This document shows, in pieces, positions 57,917-64,000 of a DNA stretch of 64,000 nucleotides (positions are counted from its first letter, which is position 1; the number at the start of each line of letters is the position of its first letter). The notes below the pieces were generated by a model. It had not been told where the DNA came from, did no database searches, and worked only from the letters and a program-made list of their open reading frames with translations. The position numbers and the translations under genes were made by a program. Source of the stretch: a virus (taxonomy: Duplodnaviria > Caudoviricetes); IMG/VR virus record IMGVR_UViG_3300038426_000029, positions 17,993 through 81,992 of that record, one strand, 5' to 3'.

Positions 57917-58447
57917 TTACTCAATAATGATGTGATGTGTCTCTTTACCTATATTTTTAGCATAGTTCATTGCCCACATTCCCCCAGACCATTTTCTTCC
58001 TTTTGGGTCGAGGCAATAAAGAACATCACACATTTCTGCTACCTCTATGTTTCTAGACTTATATCCCTTCATTTTTTTAGTATTATAGTGACACGTTTCA
58101 TCTGGGTATATTTTACTCAACATTGTTGGTTTCTCAACATCTTCAAACTGGTTAATTTCTGGATATTTTATATCTTTAGGAATTCCTAAACTATCAGCTA
58201 TAATTTCTGCCCATTCATCTATCCCACCACAGAATTTGATTTTTTCATTTTCAGAAGTTGCACCACCACAGCCACCAGAAACTAGAGTTATATCTGTCCT
58301 ATCCTTATATTCACCATCATATCCAGTAGGATCAATTTTTCTTGGTGTTTCATCAATAAGAATTTCTCTGATCTTTTTTACAGCTTTTGTTCTCTGATTC
58401 GGTGTCCACTCACCACCTTCTGATCCAACAATTGCAACATTTCTCAT
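57917..58447 (-). CDS. SLOG-superfamily (YspA-like) protein
   Basis: VAIVGS, LVSGG..GGID.WAE, SRN, SGG..A.NYAK..GK. Confidence 0.7.
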   Translation of the reverse strand: MRNVAIVGSEGGEWTPNQRTKAVKKIREILIDETPRKIDPTGYDGEYKDRTDITLVSGGCGGATSENEKIKFCGGIDEWAEIIADSLGIPKDIKYPEINQFEDVEKPTMLSKIYPDETCHYNTKKMKGYKSRNIEVAEMCDVLYCLDPKGRKWSGGMWAMNYAKNIGKETHHIIIE

Positions 58448-58452
58448 TGGAA

Positions 58453-59037
58453 CTACTCTTCTTGATTCCAAGTATTCTGCATATCTTTACCAGTTATAAC
58501 TGTGAATATTTGGGAACCTGTGTAGAACGGGTTGTTCTCACCAATATAGGTATCATACTTTTTGATAATCAGCTTATAATCATAAGTCTCAAAGTCAAAT
58601 ATGTGTCCTGTTTGATCTTCCATGTTAATTCTTTCACCCATCTCATAGAACGCCTTGCGTAGACCCACAGACTTACAATCTATATAGAAGATTGTTGGCT
58701 CTTTAAAATGGTGTAACATACTTTTCATGGTGTTGGCTATGAGTCCTATGCAATCTTCCATCTTGTAAAAGTCCTCACCATGCTTGAACACTCTATATGC
58801 CTTGAATTGTCTCTCACCTAGAATGAACGCCTGTACATCTACCTTTTCCTTTGAACGAACCTCAACGAGCATCGGAAGTTGATAAGCACTCCTTTTTATA
58901 TCTGTAACGATTGGCTTCATTTTACTAACATAAATTCCCCAAGCACCAAGTTTGTATGCAAGATAGTTGGGTTGTGCATTTTCGGTAACTAAAATCTTGG
59001 AAACTTCCCAATTCTTTTCGATATCAGATAGGTTCAT
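58453..59037 (-). CDS. Hypothetical protein
   Basis: 194-aa ORF, operonic. Confidence 0.6.
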   Translation of the reverse strand: MNLSDIEKNWEVSKILVTENAQPNYLAYKLGAWGIYVSKMKPIVTDIKRSAYQLPMLVEVRSKEKVDVQAFILGERQFKAYRVFKHGEDFYKMEDCIGLIANTMKSMLHHFKEPTIFYIDCKSVGLRKAFYEMGERINMEDQTGHIFDFETYDYKLIIKKYDTYIGENNPFYTGSQIFTVITGKDMQNTWNQEE

Positions 59038-59069
59038 AACTGTCGGAAGATAGGGATATATCAGAGTAT

Positions 59070-59372
59070 TTAAGGGTTTTGGTCTTTATCCCCAAACCAA
59101 GCCCATTTAGGTATCTTTCTACCTTCAGCCATGTCACTAGCAGATGTGATTTCACTATGACTAATAGCAAAATCATAATGAATATCTGTCTTTTCTAATT
59201 TTCTCTTTATAACTTGTTCTGTCAATTTATCAAAACGATCACATTCGCCTGTGGCATACATACTCCTACCACATTTTCTACAAATGTTTGTAACACTTGA
59301 TTTATATCCACATTTTGGGCATCTATATACTGGATAGAATATATTCTCCTTAGTCTCTATACTTTCTTTAAT
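59070..59372 (-). CDS. Zinc-ribbon protein; apparent ATT (59372) or ATA (59360) start upstream of the track ATG
   Basis: In-frame YRCPKC..ICRKC lies upstream of ATG 59261. Confidence 0.55.
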   Translation of the reverse strand: MKESIETKENIFYPVYRCPKCGYKSSVTNICRKCGRSMYATGECDRFDKLTEQVIKRKLEKTDIHYDFAISHSEITSASDMAEGRKIPKWAWFGDKDQNP

Positions 59373-59491
59373 ACAACATCACCCAACCTTTGTTTGTGTG
59401 CAGAAATCAATTGAGAACAGGGATGTAAAACACATTGTCTCTTATTACACCATTGCCCATAGAATTTTGATTTTAGTATGTTGCATTTCAA
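59357..59491 (-). CDS. 44-aa Cys-rich peptide, TTG start (not in track)
   Basis: KCN..WCN..QC.LHPC. Confidence 0.4.
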   Translation of the reverse strand: MKCNILKSKFYGQWCNKRQCVLHPCSQLISAHKQRLGDVVLKKV

Positions 59492-59492
59492 A

Positions 59493-62400
59493 TTAAACCC
59501 TTCCCCTTGTGCCAAGTGCCCTATCTAACATACCCAGAAGTGATCTTGCATCGTCTTTGCCTAGTAGATTATATAAGAACTTTTCGCTGAAAAAGGGTGC
59601 ATCCTCATCACCATCACTGTAATAACCACTCTCCTTGAAGTTCACACCAGCTTGGAATTCCTCTGGTTTCCACTTGTATAGTTCTTTAACAGCCTTCTCT
59701 GTACCAAACATTTCAGGATGAAGTCGTGCTAGAGTCCAACGCATTGCATCTAAACCTTCTTTCATATGATGCAGGGTATAGTATTCATCATCCTTATCCT
59801 TCCTCTTTACCTCTAGCTCTTTTGTAAGTGCTTTACCAATTTTTGGTGGTAACTCTACATATTCGCCCTCATATTCTAGCATAGTGACTTTCTTATCAGT
59901 GAATTTCGGTAGGATTCTTACTCTCTCTTCAATGTCACTCATATCATTCACCCTTGAGTTTCCTGAAATATCTTTTCGGCTTCAACCAAGTCTTGGTCGA
60001 ATACCATACCAGCTAGTTCATCGGCTATTACTTCACTTAGATCACTGCACTCATCCAAGGTGACATTCATCTTGGAAAGGTGCATAGTCTCAAAGGGATT
60101 TGTCATATGCTTGAAACAGACGGAAGCATATGCCAACAGCTTTCTATATCTTGTTTTGTCCATTTTTCATCACTTTTTCTTTCTCCTAACTTCTATAAAT
60201 TTTCCATTAACTAGATAATCGCTGATTTCATCCGAAACATATGTGATACACAGTGTTGCATTTGTGAAGAGATTTTTATTAACCTCATCATTATCTGTTG
60301 TAATTATAACATCTGGGTCGTGGTTAAAAAATATTGAGTCGAGTGTGAATAGTTTACCATTTATTCTAATTATTTTTTCATCTTCCATTTTTCATCAATC
60401 CGCATTTGACCAATCTGTATTTGCTTCTACAACGTCATATACCATACTATACAGATGTTTAAAATTGGTACGGTCATAGACTCCAAGCAGACCATCACCA
60501 TAACCATTAAGCCCATAATCAGGAATTATTATTGTCCCAATCTGATACCAACCATTCCTTATGATAAACCCATTTTGGATGTAAGTGCCTCTGGAATCTG
60601 CACCAAATATTGTTTTATATAACTTTTTCTTTAAATCTATCTCCAATCCTTGAGAGATATATTCGACACGACTAATATCATACTTGTCGTGTGGAATGAT
60701 TTTGCCATCTTTACCAATCTTGTTGAGTGTGCTACGGTTGGATAAAACAACCAAATCAGAATACTTCATTTCGTTTCACCATTTACTTTCTCAACCCAAG
60801 CATATGTTAATGCTGGGAAGTGCTTTATCTCCTTTATGTTTTCGAGCAGTACTATTTTTTCTCCTGTCTGATGGTAAACAACACCATACGTCAATATTTT
60901 TTGGTCGGCTTGTTTCCATTCTGGTGGTGCTTTTGGATTGAATAATTGCCATCTTGGTGGTCTGCCATAGAGTCCTCTATATTTTGTAAGCCACCAGCCT
61001 TGTTTGAGTTTTTCTAGAACTTCTTTGTATTTCATCTTAGATCACTTTGTTGGTCCAGTTCAAGAGACATAGTTACGTTCTTCTTGATCTTGTAGATTGC
61101 TTTAACTTCAACAATAATATCATCTTCAGCCAAGCTACCATCCTTGAGCCATTCTTGAAGTTCCTTATCATCCTCTATAAAGCACCAATCCTTGTCGTAA
61201 CTGTGCCCAAGATGGACATACTTACCAGAATCTTTTATGGTCATTTATGCTTACCATCATACCTATCCACGTAGGTAGTATTTAAATTTTTTGGTTCAAC
61301 GATTCCTCAAACATTTTACATGATGTACTTTTCCATAATAACATTTGTGTTGCTTATGATCTGCTGTGGCACAATACATACCACACAAATCACTGTAAGC
61401 AATATTACATGGCTTTTTTCTTATTTTTCCAAATAAAACATATGCTATTACACTCATCTTTGTTGTTCCTCTTCCTTGAGTCTTTTTTTCATACGCCTTT
61501 CTTTCATTTCTTTCTTGGTATGTGGCTTTGGTTTAGCATTTCTGCTTAACACTTGTCTCTCTTTCTTTGAAACACCAGACTTTCTCTCTTCTATACTCTC
61601 TGGTGTTATCTCTTTAGGTTCTCCTTTTTCACCCATTTATTTTCTCACCTCTTTACCGATACATCCCAATAAACATCATACTTCCCAAGCAAAATAAAAA
61701 TAAGCAACCTGTACCATACCACGCCAAACATATCAAAAGTTCAAACAATCTATGTTCTTTATTTTTATCTTTTAAATAATCTCTAAATGATTGATAGCAA
61801 TATAACCATGTCCAACCAATGAAAACTGTCCCAAGCATCCCCCACAATAAAAAGACGATAAAATAAGAACATCCGGTTGTCAATCAACTTCACCCTCTTC
61901 TCTCTTCAATCTAGCCATTGTATCAAAATGTAGCTCTACGATTGACCTATGTGCCTTCTGGTTTGGTGGTGTCCAAGGGGCTGTATAATATATGTAACCA
62001 TTTCTTGACAATTCGAAGAACCTACCTAATATAGTTGTGTTCGGATACTTAATTAATATTTTGTCGTTGAATTGTAATTTTTTAGCGGTTTCTAAATCCA
62101 TTTTATGTCAACCACTGCCCACTTATTAGTCTAAAACTTGCATCTTCAATGTGGAATAAATTGTCATACAATACTTCACTATCAATATCTGGATCGGTGA
62201 GATATTGCATCACGAAAAGTCGTGCTGTGTACCGATCTGGAACATTGTCAAACAATTCATTCATTTTATCATGTATTTCTCTAAGTTTGATTGATATTGT
62301 TGTATTTGGTGCTATATAGTGGTATTGTTTGTAGACCATAGAATTTGGTACTTCATCTCTTGCCCAACGTACAGAATGTATAGTTGTAATATCAACAGCC

Positions 62401-62525
62401 ATAGCCCACAATAAAGTTGGGAAGTGTTTTAAATCTGGTATGAGTTTAGCTTCACGTTTCAATTCACGAATTTCAATCACAAGTGCTAATATTTCACTAT
62501 TTCTTTTTAACATATCTTGAGACAT
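59493..62525 (-). other. Run of ~11 small co-oriented hypothetical ORFs (59493-59951, 59948-60163, 60170-60388, 60395-60769, 60766-61035, 61032-61244, 61296-61457, 61454-61636, 61653-61883, 61880-62101, 62103-62525)
   Basis: Abutting/overlapping starts and stops, GGTGA/GAGGTGA SD sites; no family recognised. Confidence 0.65.
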
Positions 62526-62530
62526 TGTTA

Positions 62531-63382
62531 TCACTCCACGATCCTAACGAAGTGATGTTCACCACCCTTGCGACAGTAGAGGCTCCCGGCGATAGGCTCC
62601 TGCGAGTCTGTTTGAAATTCTATCACAGCCTTGGGTTTTCCATCGACCATTATTGGTGGATATTTGAGTCCCAATTGTTGTTGACCACCATTCTGTCCGT
62701 GCCAATTTGTGGCATCCTCAGATTTGCATAAGTCCAGAATGATATGAAACCCACCTGACGTTTCCGTGACCATGAACTTTTTATAAGAGGAAGTATGATC
62801 CATAACATCCTTAGCGATAGTTGGGTCAAGTGTATCAACATCAACGGTACAGAAGTGTGTTCCCTTAGCCTTGTTCTTGTGCAAATCACCAAAGAAACGG
62901 GAATTCTCCATTCCAAGGGCTATATCTGAACTTTGGTCACGTGAGAGCATATGAGTGACATTATCCTTCATAAGCTGTGCAACAGCCTGATATACACTTC
63001 TTGGGCTAAGTGTAGCTAGTATGCCCATAGCCTCTTTTGGCATCCTTGGAATTGACTTCTTTTCTGTCTTTACATCATAGAAGCCGTAATGTTGTAGAAT
63101 CGCTAAGTTGTGAATTTTTGTGAAGTACCTGTCACGCCATGTGGCTCTGATCTCTCCATAGTTGAATTCATCCTGTTCGCCAACAGTATCTGGGTTGGTC
63201 ATTATAGCACGAATTATGTCCCGTTCAACTACAAGATCGCTAAGTTTGTAGCCAAGCAATTCCTTGACCTTTTTTGACCTGACACAGAGCATTGCAAGAT
63301 GTACGGTTGGTGGACTTACTGTTAAGTCTGGAAGGCGTTTTATGAATTCTTTAACATCTGATTCAACGTATTCCACAGGCAT
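62531..63382 (-). CDS. Possible archaeo-eukaryotic primase (prim-pol)-like protein
   Basis: TVDVDT (DxD) and ETSGGFH (T.sGG.H) motifs. Confidence 0.5.
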   Translation of the reverse strand: MPVEYVESDVKEFIKRLPDLTVSPPTVHLAMLCVRSKKVKELLGYKLSDLVVERDIIRAIMTNPDTVGEQDEFNYGEIRATWRDRYFTKIHNLAILQHYGFYDVKTEKKSIPRMPKEAMGILATLSPRSVYQAVAQLMKDNVTHMLSRDQSSDIALGMENSRFFGDLHKNKAKGTHFCTVDVDTLDPTIAKDVMDHTSSYKKFMVTETSGGFHIILDLCKSEDATNWHGQNGGQQQLGLKYPPIMVDGKPKAVIEFQTDSQEPIAGSLYCRKGGEHHFVRIVE

Positions 63383-63412
63383 AGCTATCACAGGCTCAAT
63401 ATGACGATGTTG

Positions 63413-63430
63413 TTTATAAGTGTTTCGGTT
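63413..63430 (-). promoter_or_regulatory. BRE-TATA promoter
   Basis: AACCGAAACACTTATAAA. Confidence 0.7.
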
Positions 63431-63821
63431 ACTTTATTATTCGTATGTGCATATAACTACTGGATTCGATTTGGTCCCACGATTCTTCTATTGAAAGATA
63501 ATCATCTTTACGATTGTAGTTTATATTTGCCTTTTTCAAAGCCATTTCTAGTTTATCTGCCGATAGGTCATTCACAAATGAAAGATGATTATTATATTTA
63601 ACTTTATAGCCTTTCACAAGTTTATATCTATAACTTGCCTCATAAATATCAGGTTCCTTGACTAATTTGGTTTTGTGTGATTTATCTAAAACTTCCATAT
63701 AATCAACACGTTCCAGTATTTCATTATCTGCAAGTACTTCTAACGGTTCACGGTAATTTGGGTGTTTCTTCCAGAATATTGGACTATCGGATAACATACA
63801 AATTGATTCAAGATCAGCCAT
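63429..63821 (-). CDS. Hypothetical protein (probable start 63821)
   Basis: ATG 1 nt after upstream stop. Confidence 0.55.
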   Translation of the reverse strand: MADLESICMLSDSPIFWKKHPNYREPLEVLADNEILERVDYMEVLDKSHKTKLVKEPDIYEASYRYKLVKGYKVKYNNHLSFVNDLSADKLEMALKKANINYNRKDDYLSIEESWDQIESSSYMHIRIIK

Positions 63822-63822
63822 T

Positions 63823-64000
63823 TTAATATACTCTCCCCTCTGAATCATGCCAACCAGCCAGTGTGATTTTCACAGGTCTAAAGCTATTACATTTTTCACA
63901 CATATCAGTATTTACCTTATTTACATGTTGACATTTAGGGCATGTCCAAGGCTTTTCATCCTCTATTTCATCAAACATATCTCTATAAACATGTGGTGGT
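63823..64000 (-). CDS. RanBP2-type zinc-finger protein (partial, starts beyond right edge; not in track)
   Basis: WTCPKCQHVNKVNTDMCEKC. Confidence 0.65.
   Translation of the reverse strand, partial: PPHVYRDMFDEIEDEKPWTCPKCQHVNKVNTDMCEKCNSFRPVKITLAGWHDSEGRVY

Overview
AT-rich (roughly one-third GC by eye), very gene-dense 64 kb segment with archaeal expression signals (BRE+TATA promoters, GGTGA/GAGGTGA Shine-Dalgarno sites). It is best read as part of a large archaeal virus or virus-like mobile element, probably infecting a TACK/Asgard-type host; an island in an archaeal chromosome cannot be excluded. Modules: (1) ~1-26 kb, a mostly minus-strand glycan and modification cluster. It contains an archaeal SAM synthetase missed by the ORF track, six SAM methyltransferases, a B12 radical SAM enzyme, NDP-sugar enzymes, a heptose module (hddA-gmhA-phosphatase-transaldolase), GT2/GT-C transferases, a GtrA-like flippase and a DgkA-like kinase. 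(2) ~27-43 kb, candidate virion genes (1.4 k-aa and 1160-aa proteins, membrane proteins, an FtsK/HerA/A32-like ATPase), followed by a tyrosine recombinase. (3) ~45.5-50.5 kb, an operon of tiny K/R-rich proteins that includes a convincing ribosomal protein eS30. (4) ~50.5-54.6 kb, DNA methyltransferase/ParB/radical SAM genes. (5) Two membrane-anchored Thr-rich collagens, then small hypotheticals and a primase-like gene. Four paralogous NUMOD3 + PD-(D/E)xK-like endonuclease genes are scattered through the window. No rRNA, tRNA, CRISPR array, HK97 capsid, portal or terminase was recognised. All family calls come from motif recognition by eye, not database searches.
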